A stretch of 64,000 bases of DNA, from the sequence record NC_019406.1; one strand, given 5' to 3'. The notes below the pieces were generated by a model. That model did no database searches. It was not told the DNA's origin and saw only the letters and a program-made list of their open reading frames with translations. The translations under genes were made by a program, and so were the position numbers. Below, in pieces: positions 26,701-35,523 of this stretch; position 1 is the stretch's first letter; every line of letters starts with the position of its first letter.

Positions 26701-27397
26701 GCAATCCATCACGGCGCAGGAGATCGGCGGCCGGCTGCTGGGCTCGACGCGCAACGTTACCCGTCCGAACACCTTCAATTGGGTGGGCACCGGCAATAAC
26801 CCGCTGATCGGCTCCGAAATGGAACGCCGCATCTGCTGGATTCGTTTGAACCGCAAGACCTCCAACATTCAGGAGATCACCTACACCCACGACGACCTGC
26901 CGGGCTGGATCGCGGACAACCGTGCGAAGATCATTCGCGCCATCCTGACGATGGTCCAGTATTGGATCGACATTGGCCAACCGACTTTCACCGAGCGTAA
27001 GCGTGTCTCGTTCGAGGACTGGTCGCGTAAGGTTGGTGGCGTCCTCCAGGCCTGTGGCGTGGAAGGCTTCCTCGACAACCGTCGCTCGGCCGGCGCCGAT
27101 ATGGACGAGACGGCGATCCGCACCTTCGTCAAGGAGTGGTTGAAGAAGTTCGGGTTCGAGAAGACCGCCCCGGCGAAGCTCTTCGAGTACGCGACGTCGA
27201 TGGAACTGGACATCATCGAAGGCAACAACGACGACCAGAAGAAGCAGCGCTTCCCGAAGCGCCTGCACACCATGGATGGCCGTGTCTTCTCGATCGACAG
27301 CGTCGACTACATCGTCCTCACGAACTTCGACGACGACAACAACTTGGTCTACTCGCTCACTCCGCTGGAGACGGCGAAGGAAGCCGAAGCGGCATAA
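23795..27397 (+). CDS. large primase/helicase-like replication protein
   Basis: 1200 aa; primase-like region (GLDID, YTTHSH, DPSRLFYFP), CPFDDHH/KCQHDSC Zn-like motif, C-terminal P-loop-like PTPGTGGTLL and FFDDV, TGNN. Confidence 0.75.
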   Translation: MTALQDFLSALFAACPESPVPLTVGEDAYEAYTADEIASVVSAAEEAGEALYTAPVTQGLVAFMPAVTENVADPDEWRDATIQPTAVLFRDGIMLSLYALDAAVDLEASPEVQSLFGWMGSDPSDLIPTPDSNGWTLAHCDPNVYQTLATLMDAYAPETPVTGAVGAPAEGAPWDEDFGTLHDAHILTYYDPTDAYYAQEMTISIGGNRESKKWVPKTMPIAAFVELLSMHREDPKKDGLAFVLAEIVGDQRRKQAVKTCYGVGLDIDVGVSGAQIDAALKEMGCLAVRYTTHSHNKTSTFLNKDRVTKWAAKNGQEELDEAVIKRFLREEEDWVPELIESVAYLGDDHRPEGLMIQLEHDPMPKHRVVVPLATPYEVAKIAKTHEEGMRKWNEIPKALARALGDLPLDKAALDPSRLFYFPRHAPGRAFETTIFGGPMLDWSTLDLDGPPKDAFEAALEAEIGGSNKSGGGSRSTTKEGRDLGRWSIKRAHGFQIVDVIRDFDPDRIRTNGAHKIDIECPFDDHHSNPGDPEDKGCFAVNAGDGPSGIFTIKCQHDSCQERTNLDFLGKMLKDGWFEDDVLESDMYNAVLDEEDTSIPEAAKKIAAQDEARDEYQVKISALSPESSESDIEDALRALMEADLGPLAQQRAESEIKQNLKINQSTLTRMLKTMRRVVERDRNQSGDYRDPKGRLVFSFQGDFNFDEAVDMCFKALRNTNTKDAEPTFSCVQDKPYRLKRHPKTGRIVFEELPNQALWSELNTRLTFVRRGDNGDGARQAVPKEVATHVYEQVYNELPQSPEVIYTPLYTNDGALVLHPGYYADLNILMANTRFEIDVPVNPSAEDALAAVDFLKHELLVDFPFLDYDTQGNERREPSEANALAMLLTPFMRRMINGCTPVFFVAKPTPGTGGTLLGKLPMLIFDGVESAPMSYTQNEEEMRKALLAAIIETRSHLFFDDVREFNNRVLLQSITAQEIGGRLLGSTRNVTRPNTFNWVGTGNNPLIGSEMERRICWIRLNRKTSNIQEITYTHDDLPGWIADNRAKIIRAILTMVQYWIDIGQPTFTERKRVSFEDWSRKVGGVLQACGVEGFLDNRRSAGADMDETAIRTFVKEWLKKFGFEKTAPAKLFEYATSMELDIIEGNNDDQKKQRFPKRLHTMDGRVFSIDSVDYIVLTNFDDDNNLVYSLTPLETAKEAEAA

Positions 27398-27399
27398 AA

Positions 27400-27434
27400 G
27401 GAAACCCCGGTGGAGCGATCCACCGGGGTTTTTG
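27400..27434. terminator. bidirectional intrinsic terminator
   Basis: AAACCCCGGTGGA/TCCACCGGGGTTT between convergent genes. Confidence 0.85.
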
Positions 27435-27435
27435 C

Positions 27436-27669
27436 TTAGAGGAAGACGATTTCAGGAGGCTTGCCGCGCCGGCGGACGATCTTGATAAGACCCGCCTTGA
27501 TTTCGGCGGCGAACTGCTCCTCCAGGGTCTTCTGTTTACCGCGCCGGTGCTTCGATTGGCCCCAGGGTGTCTTGGTCTTGCCGCCCCGCCGTCTCGGCTC
27601 CGAGGGTTGCTCAGGATCGGGCAGAAGGGTCGAGGACCCCTCCATGCCATTGTAGCTCGCCATGCCCAT
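27436..27669 (-). CDS. small basic hypothetical protein
   Basis: 77 aa, TGATG coupling to the upstream gene. Confidence 0.5.
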   Translation of the reverse strand: MGMASYNGMEGSSTLLPDPEQPSEPRRRGGKTKTPWGQSKHRRGKQKTLEEQFAAEIKAGLIKIVRRRGKPPEIVFL

Positions 27670-27896
27670 CAGGGACGGCCCGCCTTGCGGTAGCGACGCT
27701 CCGTAGCCCACTCATGGTGAGCGCAGCCGAGCGCGACCAACAAGCCCGCGACGATCGTGAAGCCCCCGAGCACCCAGGGAAACGCCAGCGGCGCGGCCAG
27801 GAGGATGAACGCGGCCCACACGACGGGCCAGGACCAAACGAGCGCGCCGGCGAGCTTGAACACCATGATGAACACGGCGGTGATGAAAGCAAGCAT
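27669..27896 (-). CDS. small membrane protein
   Basis: strongly hydrophobic, two TM helices. Confidence 0.65.
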   Translation of the reverse strand: MLAFITAVFIMVFKLAGALVWSWPVVWAAFILLAAPLAFPWVLGGFTIVAGLLVALGCAHHEWATERRYRKAGRP

Positions 27897-28017
27897 ACGC
27901 ATTTCCAATTTGCCTCAAAAGGTATAGGCGCCAGGATTTACGGCGCCTCGATGTCCTGTGTCAACGCCATACCGCTAAAAGCGTTGACAGCCGACACCGC
28001 GAGGGCTACTTCCTGAA

Positions 28018-28632
28018 ATGAGTATTACAGGAGTTTCCATGGCTTACGAGGCGGAGGATCACGAGGACGATTTTGTTGCGCATCCCTCTCGTCGCGGCGT
28101 CCCTTTGGCGGATGCGGACTTGATCGCCGCGCAGCCGGCTCGCCGTCGTCTCACCGGACCGACGCAGGCCGCGCTCGACTCCAATCGCGAATCCGTCCTG
28201 ATCCGCAAGGAAGGGTCGCCCGCGATGCGTTTTTCCCTGAAGCACGCCGACGTCTATCAGGCGCTCTGGAAGCTGTGGGCCGAAAAGCGCGTTGAGGGAC
28301 TCGACGATCCCGGCGTAACGCTGAGCGATCTCTACGCGCGTCTGGATGACCTCGGTCACGCTTATCCCAAGACGACTGTGGCCGCCATGGTGCAGGGCTT
28401 TGTGCGCAGCGGGCTCGCGAGCGTCGTCAGCCAATTCGTGGGTTTTGGAGCCGCGCGTGCTCGCTACTACCCTTCGGCTGAAGGCGTCCAGGCCTTCGCC
28501 CTGGCGGCCCATCTAGGCTACGGCGCCATGGTCCAGGTTGGACACACGGCGTCCGCGTGGGCTAATCGCAAGGAATCCGAACCCAGCAATTTGTTTCAAC
28601 ATGCCGCGCTGCTCGCGCGCGTCATGCCGTAA
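28018..28632 (+). CDS. hypothetical protein, possible winged-helix
   Basis: helix-turn-helix-like VTLSDLYARLDDLGHAYPKTTVAAMVQGFVRSGL; start may be ATG 28039. Confidence 0.65.
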   Translation: MSITGVSMAYEAEDHEDDFVAHPSRRGVPLADADLIAAQPARRRLTGPTQAALDSNRESVLIRKEGSPAMRFSLKHADVYQALWKLWAEKRVEGLDDPGVTLSDLYARLDDLGHAYPKTTVAAMVQGFVRSGLASVVSQFVGFGAARARYYPSAEGVQAFALAAHLGYGAMVQVGHTASAWANRKESEPSNLFQHAALLARVMP

Positions 28633-28649
28633 TGCGGAGAGTGCATGAA

Positions 28650-29084
28650 ATGGCAGAAAACTCGCAGGCCCAAACCAAAACCATCACAGCCCCAGGGCGA
28701 GCGCGAGAAGCGCGCGCTGGAAGTGCTGGCCAAGATGCCGGCGCCGGTAAGGAGGTTCTGACGAAGGAGAGCCTGCGGAAGATCGGCGAAGGGCTGAACG
28801 GCCGACACTGGCAGACCGACATCGCCAGCCGCCTAGGCGATTCCAAATCGCAGATGTCGCGTTACCTGAAGGGCGATCGCCAACTCAGCCCCCTTCTCCC
28901 GCGTCACCTCCAGTTCATCCTGAACCAGCGCATCGAAGAGATCGCGGCTCTCCTGAACACACCGGGCATGCCCTATGCGGGCACTCAGGAGGCTCAGGAA
29001 GTAGAGGAGATCATTCGGACGGCGCTCGGTAAGGTCCCAGGCTCTCGACCGCCCCGTAAGCGCGCTGGAGCGACGCTCGCGTGA
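28650..29084 (+). CDS. HTH DNA-binding protein (Xre-like)
   Basis: WQTDIASRLGDSKSQMSRYLKGDR. Confidence 0.7.
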   Translation: MAENSQAQTKTITAPGRAREARAGSAGQDAGAGKEVLTKESLRKIGEGLNGRHWQTDIASRLGDSKSQMSRYLKGDRQLSPLLPRHLQFILNQRIEEIAALLNTPGMPYAGTQEAQEVEEIIRTALGKVPGSRPPRKRAGATLA

Positions 29085-29560
29085 CGCAGATCATCAAGCC
29101 AACCCTACGCCGTTACAAGACGACAAACCAGCCGTCGGTGTTCCTCGCGGGGAGTATCGAGATGGGGACAGCGTCACCCTGGCATGACGAAGTGGCCGAG
29201 CATCTCAACGGCTATGCGTCGCTGGTTTACAATCCGCGACGTGACGATTGGGATTCGACCTGGGTCCAGGAAATCGGTGCGGAGCAATTCAACGCCCAAG
29301 TCAATTGGGAGTTGGACATGATCGAAGCCGCCGATGCGGTTTTCTTCTACTTCGAGCCCAACACCAAGTCGCCGATTACCCTACTGGAGCTTGGCATTGT
29401 AGCTGCATCCAAGCCGGCGAGGGCAGTTGTGGTCTGTCCTGCCGGGTTCTGGCGTAAGGGGAATGTCGACATCGTCTGTGAACGAGCCGGGCTACCGGTC
29501 CGAGAGACGATCGACGAAGGGCTCAAGCGTTTCCAGGCACTTCTCGGGACGCTCATTTAG
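29081..29560 (+). CDS. nucleoside 2-deoxyribosyltransferase-like protein
   Basis: VFLAGSIEMG, NPRRDDW, QVNWELDMIEAAD, SPITLLELG. Confidence 0.88.
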   Translation: MTQIIKPTLRRYKTTNQPSVFLAGSIEMGTASPWHDEVAEHLNGYASLVYNPRRDDWDSTWVQEIGAEQFNAQVNWELDMIEAADAVFFYFEPNTKSPITLLELGIVAASKPARAVVVCPAGFWRKGNVDIVCERAGLPVRETIDEGLKRFQALLGTLI

Positions 29561-29567
29561 ATCAATG

Positions 29568-29598
29568 AAAAAGGCCCCGGATCGCTCCGGGGCCTTTC
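29568..29598. terminator. bidirectional intrinsic terminator
   Basis: AAAGGCCCCGGA/TCCGGGGCCTTT between convergent genes. Confidence 0.85.
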
Positions 29599-29618
29599 CT
29601 TTAGGATAGCGAGTCGAC

Positions 29619-30080
29619 CTAGACGCCGGCAGCGATCATCTGCTTCACGTCGTTGCCGTCGATCAGCGCCCGGCCGTGCTTCTCGATCAGGTACTTCATG
29701 ATCGGTCCGATCGCCTTGGGGGAGATCGTGACATCGGCGGCCACGGCGGCTTCCTGGATCGCACGGCGCAGGTCGTCGCCCTTGACCATCTTCGGCACGA
29801 GGCCTTGCAGCAGGGCCACCTTGGCGGTCAGGTCGAGCGCGATCGCCGAATCCCCCGGCAGTGGCGCGGTACCCGACTCAGGATCGCCGGCCAGCACCTT
29901 CTCGTAGGCCTTGATCTCGGCATAGATCGCCGTGAGGGCGTCATCGTCCGACGGCTCACGCAGCTTCGTCTTTGCGGCCGACTGAGCGTTCGACAGCACC
30001 ATCGACAGGAACGCCGCGTAGATGCCCTTTTCCTTGCGCTGTTCGAGCGAGGCGTCTTGCAGGTTTTTCAGGGTGCCCAT
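29619..30080 (-). CDS. yqeY: GatB/YqeY domain protein
   Basis: helical YqeY pattern with C-terminal IGPIMKYL...DGNDVKQMI. Confidence 0.7.
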   Translation of the reverse strand: MGTLKNLQDASLEQRKEKGIYAAFLSMVLSNAQSAAKTKLREPSDDDALTAIYAEIKAYEKVLAGDPESGTAPLPGDSAIALDLTAKVALLQGLVPKMVKGDDLRRAIQEAAVAADVTISPKAIGPIMKYLIEKHGRALIDGNDVKQMIAAGV

Positions 30081-30091
30081 GATATCCTCTT

Positions 30092-30661
30092 CTAGGCAGC
30101 CGCCGGCAGACGCTGATAGCTCTTCCAGACGGCGAGATCGTAGTCCGACGGAGTTTGACCCGCAGCGTCTGCCAGGGTCAGGAACTCCAATTCGAGGCGA
30201 CGGTACTCACGGGCTGATCCTGGTGTGACGAGAGGCGCTTCCACGCCGTTCGCTCGCAGGTGCTTCAGCACGTGAGTGTCGATCGCCGCGAGACGCTGGT
30301 CGGGACGGCTGTGCATGAGGAACATGCGCGCCGTCTTCGGCCCGACGCCGTGGATAGCCTCAAAGGCTTCCAGCGGGTCATTCCGCAGGTCTAGCTTAAG
30401 GCTCTCGACAAAGCAACGGTGAAGACGGGAATACTGGCCGAGGCGCGACTCCTGGAGACGCTCCATCAGTTCGCCATCGGTCCAAGATCGCGCCATGGCG
30501 TCGAAGGGGCGCTCATAAGGAGGAAGAGACCGGATGAAGTTTTCCAGCAGCCGGGCCTGCGTCGCGGCGGTCTTCCCCGCTACGACAGTGCAAAACAGCC
30601 AGAACTCTTCAAGTTCCGCGTCGGTGCGATCGTATTTGATGACGTCAGCGGGGTCGATCAC
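30092..30661 (-). CDS. HhH-GPD DNA glycosylase-like protein (OGG-like)
   Basis: IHGVGPKTARMFL HhH motif and AIDTHVLK; GTGA overlap with the ligase stop. Confidence 0.8.
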   Translation of the reverse strand: MIDPADVIKYDRTDAELEEFWLFCTVVAGKTAATQARLLENFIRSLPPYERPFDAMARSWTDGELMERLQESRLGQYSRLHRCFVESLKLDLRNDPLEAFEAIHGVGPKTARMFLMHSRPDQRLAAIDTHVLKHLRANGVEAPLVTPGSAREYRRLELEFLTLADAAGQTPSDYDLAVWKSYQRLPAAA

Positions 30662-31845
30662 AGTACGCGCTCTTCCCCGTGCCACTTGGTAGCGACGCCC
30701 ATGCGCGGCACGCCGGCGCCGCCCTGAGTCAGGCCGAAATACTTGATCGTGACGATCTTGTGGTCCGCGTGCAGCAGATCGCGCAGCCACTGATCCTTCT
30801 TGCCCTTGATGCCGGCCTCGAACTCGCGACCGTCATCCATGGCGCAGACGACCCGCTTAGCGTAGCCGGCGTAGTTGCCCTTGCCTTCCTCGATACGCAG
30901 CACGGCGAACTCGGCGTCGTCGAACGTCTTGATCTTGATCACCGACCAGGAGCGCTTGGCCTTCTCGTACGGCAGGTGCAGGCGCCCGATGCCGCCCTCA
31001 TAGCCGTCCTCGACGGCCTGGGCGGTCAGTTCCAGCAGGTGCTCCTCACTTTCGACCTTCGTGGTCTTGACGCATTCGATCGGGTGCGCCCACAGGCCCA
31101 TATCGGCGAAAGTGGTGTAGAGTTCGTAGCTGCGGTAGCCGAAGCCCTCATGCTCGCCGGCGCCCGGATAATCGTAGATGTGGTACTGGACCTTGGCGAC
31201 GACCTCGGCGATATGTTCGTCGGTGATGCCCTTCTGCTTCTTCAGCAGCGAGCCGAGCTTCTCGAACTCGTCCTTGAGGTCGTGATTGTAGAGTTCGCCA
31301 TGCAGTACCGCGTCCGGGTAGCGTTCGAAGAACGGGACCAGGGCCTGGATGATGTGAGGCGCCGTCAGGATCGGCAGACCCTCGCGAGACTGAAGGCCCT
31401 TGGCGGTCGCGATGCAGCAGTAGCCGTCCAGCTTCGGCTGGAAGTAGACGCCGGTCTCCGTCGGGCCGAGCGCAGCGCCAGCCTTGGCGAGACGCGCGGT
31501 CCACTTCTCCCAGGTCGTGTCCTTCCAGCCCTCGGCGAGCATTGGCAGGTAGTTGCGCGGCGGGCCGTTGGCTTCCTCCGGCGTCTCGTAGTAGTCGCGA
31601 TCGAGCGCCTTCTTGTAGAGGGCGGCGACCTCCTTAATGGCCTGTTCTTCGGGCGTGGTTTGGGCCTTGCCCTTGCCCTTTGAGACGCATTCGGTCCAGG
31701 CGTTTTCGACCAGCGAGCCGCCGTCGAAGCCCGCGACCACGCGATGCTTGTGACCCTGGCGTTCCATGTACCAGACGCGCATCTTGCCGCTGGCGTCCTT
31801 CTTGTAGATTGGGCGTCCGCGCTCGATCGGCAGTTCTTCAGTCAT
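30658..31845 (-). CDS. lig: ATP-dependent DNA ligase
   Basis: QPKLDGYC, LHGELY, YHIYD, YEGGIGR, KIKTFDDAEF. Confidence 0.93.
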   Translation of the reverse strand: MTEELPIERGRPIYKKDASGKMRVWYMERQGHKHRVVAGFDGGSLVENAWTECVSKGKGKAQTTPEEQAIKEVAALYKKALDRDYYETPEEANGPPRNYLPMLAEGWKDTTWEKWTARLAKAGAALGPTETGVYFQPKLDGYCCIATAKGLQSREGLPILTAPHIIQALVPFFERYPDAVLHGELYNHDLKDEFEKLGSLLKKQKGITDEHIAEVVAKVQYHIYDYPGAGEHEGFGYRSYELYTTFADMGLWAHPIECVKTTKVESEEHLLELTAQAVEDGYEGGIGRLHLPYEKAKRSWSVIKIKTFDDAEFAVLRIEEGKGNYAGYAKRVVCAMDDGREFEAGIKGKKDQWLRDLLHADHKIVTIKYFGLTQGGAGVPRMGVATKWHGEERVL

Positions 31846-31855
31846 GTCGTTTCCC

Positions 31856-32263
31856 CTATTGCGGCCACCACTTGATGGTGTACTCACCATCGGCCTCGAT
31901 CTCGATGTCACCCACCGGCACGCCGGCCTTGTGACAGATGTCCATCATGTTGAGCGTGCCGTTCCCTCCAGGGAACCCAAGGCATTCATCCACGACTGCC
32001 TGCTCGTCAAACATGCGCTGGTTACGATTGAACGGCGCCTTCTCGCGATAGCCGTCCAGGTCTCCACGGATCGGGACGCGCTTTTCACGATGCCCTCGGA
32101 ACACCGCCCATTGTCCGGCCCACTGATCCGTGTACACGGCGTCGCCGTGAACGATCGTGATCGGCTTGACCCAATCCTTGGATCGCTCATCCAGGATTCG
32201 CCACACGCGCCCCTTGGTCAGGTTCCGGCCGACACGTCCGCCGGCGACGATGACGACCGTCAT
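31856..32263 (-). CDS. SLOG/YspA-related (DUF2493-like) protein
   Basis: VIVAGGR, IVHGDA, RNQRM, FPGGNGTLNM. Confidence 0.8.
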   Translation of the reverse strand: MTVVIVAGGRVGRNLTKGRVWRILDERSKDWVKPITIVHGDAVYTDQWAGQWAVFRGHREKRVPIRGDLDGYREKAPFNRNQRMFDEQAVVDECLGFPGGNGTLNMMDICHKAGVPVGDIEIEADGEYTIKWWPQ

Positions 32264-32781
32264 CGGCGGCCTCCACCGTAGAAGTGGGAATCGTCGATGA
32301 ACTCGTTGGAGATCATGCGGGGTTCCGGGTACACACCGCCACCATAGGTGCGCATGCGCGCCGACGAGAAGCGTTGATGCTCGCGCTCCGCCAGCACCTT
32401 GCCCTCCAGCAGCGCCGTTGCCAGCCCTGCCAAAGTGGCGCCGTTGTCAGCTTCTCGCTGGAGTAGTGCTTGAAGTTCGACCAAGCGTTCGTCTAGGCAG
32501 GAGCCCTGCGCGCCCAGCCATTCTTTGATCCGAGCGGCGGACAGTGTGTAGACCTCACCTTCGAAGGCCCACGCCTCATCTCGTTCATCCCAGGTCCAGT
32601 CGACATCGTTGACGGCCGCCAGGACGCCCATCGGGTCGTAGGTGTTGTCGGCGCTGCGCAGAACACCGGCGCCGTCGAGGTAAGCGCCACTAGACAAGGC
32701 GCCGGCCCACATGACCCATGCGCTTTCGCACGGCTTGATCAAGTTGTAGAGCGAAGACAGTTCGATAGTGAGGGCCGACAT
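32260..32781 (-). CDS. hypothetical protein
   Basis: 173 aa in the operon. Confidence 0.65.
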   Translation of the reverse strand: MSALTIELSSLYNLIKPCESAWVMWAGALSSGAYLDGAGVLRSADNTYDPMGVLAAVNDVDWTWDERDEAWAFEGEVYTLSAARIKEWLGAQGSCLDERLVELQALLQREADNGATLAGLATALLEGKVLAEREHQRFSSARMRTYGGGVYPEPRMISNEFIDDSHFYGGGRR

Positions 32782-33518
32782 CAAAAACGCTCCAGAGGGG
32801 TTTGAACGCGCGTGTGATCGCGAGACGCCATGTCAGCCCACGCCGCCATATCCTTGTAGGTCTTGAACCGGATATGGAATTCGTAGCTGCTATGCGGCGC
32901 CGGCCATCGGTAGGGGTCCGCCAGCAGTCTCGCTTCGAATTCAACCCCACGAAGCGAGAAGTCCAAGGTAACATTCAGGCCGTGCTGGACCGCCTGTCGG
33001 GCACTATAGAGAAGTTCACCGTTCTCGTAGTCTTTAATGGCCTTAACCTTGGCGAAGGATACAGTCTCGCAGCGTGGGCCGAAAATCCAATGAGCGGCAA
33101 GGTCTGCGTCGCGGAAATGGGGTCGAACGATTTCACCCGCGCAATAATGGGGCGTGCTCTGCATCGCTTCCATGAAGGCCTGAACGAAGTTGTAGTCTCC
33201 GTGACCGCCACGATACGAGGCTACATCTGCGATCATCCCCTTACCCATGCGATCAAGCTCTTTCTTAATATCAATCATCTGAAGCATGCACTGATCTAGA
33301 GTGGCGGGATCGAGGTATTTGATCTTAGGCACCACAGTCCAATCACACGCCGATTTACGATCGACGCGTGACTTGGCCTGATCTACTGCGTTAGGCGACC
33401 ACGCCGGCGGGATCAGATAGACGGGCTCCGGCTTGTCGTCGACCACGGCGAACTGCTTGATCCAATCGGCCCAATGAGGTCCCGTGGGGAATAATGCTGC
33501 TAGAGCCGAGGACGCCAT
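32781..33518 (-). CDS. hypothetical protein with low GC content
   Basis: 245 aa, TGATG-coupled on both sides; visibly AT-richer than the flanks. Confidence 0.6.
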   Translation of the reverse strand: MASSALAALFPTGPHWADWIKQFAVVDDKPEPVYLIPPAWSPNAVDQAKSRVDRKSACDWTVVPKIKYLDPATLDQCMLQMIDIKKELDRMGKGMIADVASYRGGHGDYNFVQAFMEAMQSTPHYCAGEIVRPHFRDADLAAHWIFGPRCETVSFAKVKAIKDYENGELLYSARQAVQHGLNVTLDFSLRGVEFEARLLADPYRWPAPHSSYEFHIRFKTYKDMAAWADMASRDHTRVQTPLERF

Positions 33519-34042
33519 CACGCCTCCGGGCGCCAGACGAACGGCTTGGTGTCTCGGGGAATGCGGTGGTGGCCTCGCGCGAGCGGATGCTTGGGATAGC
33601 CATCCTTGGTGACGCCGAAGCACATCACGTCTAGCCCGGTGCGCTCGATCATCTCGGCGACCTGCTCAGCGCGACCCAGATAGTCGCCGTTCGCGCCCCA
33701 GGCGGCGACCACCATGCCTCCGTACTCCGAGATCGATTCGAACAGTTCGTCCAGTGTGCGATCGTTGTCGGGTCCGATCGGATCAGCCGCCTGCTTCAAC
33801 ACCTTCGGATGCGGCGAGCGGAACGCGAATAGGTTGACGACACGGATCGACCCGAAGCCGTTGCGGCGCGCGAAGTCGATGCAGGCGAGGATCGTAGGGT
33901 CGTCCTTCTCGTGGTCAGCGGTGCTCGGATTGAGCATCACCCAGACCATCTCCGGGAGGCTATGATCCCAGCCTCGCACCAGATCGTAGCGGTAGGTCCC
34001 ACACAGGGACAGCGTAGCGGAGGTGTAGCGGGGCGCCGTCAT
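33518..34042 (-). CDS. DUF1643 family protein
   Basis: CGTYRYDLVR, VMLNPSTAD, VNLFAFRS, AAWG, PKHPL. Confidence 0.88.
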   Translation of the reverse strand: MTAPRYTSATLSLCGTYRYDLVRGWDHSLPEMVWVMLNPSTADHEKDDPTILACIDFARRNGFGSIRVVNLFAFRSPHPKVLKQAADPIGPDNDRTLDELFESISEYGGMVVAAWGANGDYLGRAEQVAEMIERTGLDVMCFGVTKDGYPKHPLARGHHRIPRDTKPFVWRPEA

Positions 34043-34280
34043 GGCTGGCAATTAACGATGCGCCGTGTCGGCTGTCAACTCTTAAAGCGGAGGCCGGCAG
34101 CCCTAAGCTACTGCCGGCCTCGCTCCCAGGTCTTGCACCCCTTCGCCGGTTCGTCTTTCGACCCCGGAGCGCCCCGGAGGGATGCCAGTGTCCGCCCGTT
34201 GACCTGGGACGGATATCGGGTCCATCGGGCCATGATGAAGCCCTAGGGACTAGGAGTCCGGCGCTCCGAAACTCAATCTC

Positions 34281-34616
34281 TCATGCCAAGCCTGCGAAAC
34301 GCAAGACCGTCTTGAACAGTCGCGTGTGCAACGGCTTGGTGAGCTTTTCCCCAAACTGGTAGTTGCGCGTCGCTTCCCACCCCTCGGGATCGGCCGCCAG
34401 CAGGAATTCGGCATAGGCCCTGGGATCGACTTCCCAATAAGGTCCCTCAGGCGTACGCGGTGGGCGAATGTGGAAGCCCGTTGGGATATGGATAACCTGC
34501 CCGTCATCCGTCCATCCCAGAAGGTCATTCAGCACGGTGCCGCGTTTGCGGGCCTCGCCGAAATGGGTACGGATGAGCTTGCGCTGTTCCTGTACTGGCT
34601 TACTCGGTCGCGCCAT
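34281..34616 (-). CDS. hypothetical protein
   Basis: 111-aa ORF. Confidence 0.6.
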   Translation of the reverse strand: MARPSKPVQEQRKLIRTHFGEARKRGTVLNDLLGWTDDGQVIHIPTGFHIRPPRTPEGPYWEVDPRAYAEFLLAADPEGWEATRNYQFGEKLTKPLHTRLFKTVLRFAGLA

Positions 34617-34851
34617 TCATCTTCGCCTGCTGGACCAGCCGTTCGTTCGCTTCCAGGAATTTGCGGGCGTCCGCCACACCTTCCTGAAGGCGATCCTCCG
34701 AGAAGTTGGACGGGGCGTCATTGATGCCCGCCATTGTCAGGGCGTTGATGACGTCCATCGTGTCGTACTCGCGAAACAGGGCACGGATCGCCGGCGGCGC
34801 GTCGTCGATGCGCTCATCGCTCAGCGCGGGATTTGCGCGGCCGTCAGTCAA
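34600..34851 (-). CDS. hypothetical protein
   Basis: 83-aa ORF in the operon. Confidence 0.6.
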   Translation of the reverse strand: MTDGRANPALSDERIDDAPPAIRALFREYDTMDVINALTMAGINDAPSNFSEDRLQEGVADARKFLEANERLVQQAKMNGATE

Positions 34852-35287
34852 CGTCCAGGCCCTTCTCCTTGTCGATGCGGACGGCTTCGGCCACCGTTCC
34901 GCGCCGATAGTTGTTCCAGTGTTGGTTGTCGACGAAGCGATTGTTCGGACCGGTACGCATGATGTGCAGATTCTCGGGAATCTTCAGGCCGTGATCCTGC
35001 TGCGCCTCTTCGACCAGAGCGAAGAACTTCGCCTGCCAATCCGGCGGCATCTCCTGGAGGGAGAGGCGTGGGATCGCGAGCCAGGACGCGCGGGTCAAGC
35101 CGAAGAAGTAGTCGGCCGGCGGATCAAGCATGATCGCGCCGTCGAAGTTGTAATGCACGGGGAAACCATGCTCGTTGACGATGGAATGCGAGTGACGCAT
35201 CCAATCGTTCCAGCGATGATCGACGTAGTCTTTCGGTTGCTGGACGGTGCCGGCGTCTACGGTGACGGTTACGGGTGCGATGCCCAT
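34844..35287 (-). CDS. conserved phage hypothetical protein
   Basis: FGLTRASWLAIPRLSLQEMPPDWQ motif typical of a phage family. Confidence 0.7.
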   Translation of the reverse strand: MGIAPVTVTVDAGTVQQPKDYVDHRWNDWMRHSHSIVNEHGFPVHYNFDGAIMLDPPADYFFGLTRASWLAIPRLSLQEMPPDWQAKFFALVEEAQQDHGLKIPENLHIMRTGPNNRFVDNQHWNNYRRGTVAEAVRIDKEKGLDVD

Positions 35288-35298
35288 CTGCGATCTCT

Positions 35299-35523
35299 CT
35301 AGTCCCAGCCGACAGCTTTACTGAGTTCAGGTGTCCAGCCTCCGGCCTCCCGGAAGCGCACCATAATACGGTCCATGATCGCGGCCTCACGCACTAGAGC
35401 CACCTCAAAATCGTGTTCGTCGCGGGCTACCGCCGACATGCCGGGAGACGGCAAGTGGCGCGCCCATTTCGCAAGCTGGAAGTGCGAGGCGGTTTCAACG
35501 GCGGTGAGTTCGGGATAGGTCAC
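35299..35523 (-). CDS. hypothetical protein
   Basis: 74 aa, GTGA overlap. Confidence 0.65.
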   Translation of the reverse strand: MTYPELTAVETASHFQLAKWARHLPSPGMSAVARDEHDFEVALVREAAIMDRIMVRFREAGGWTPELSKAVGWD

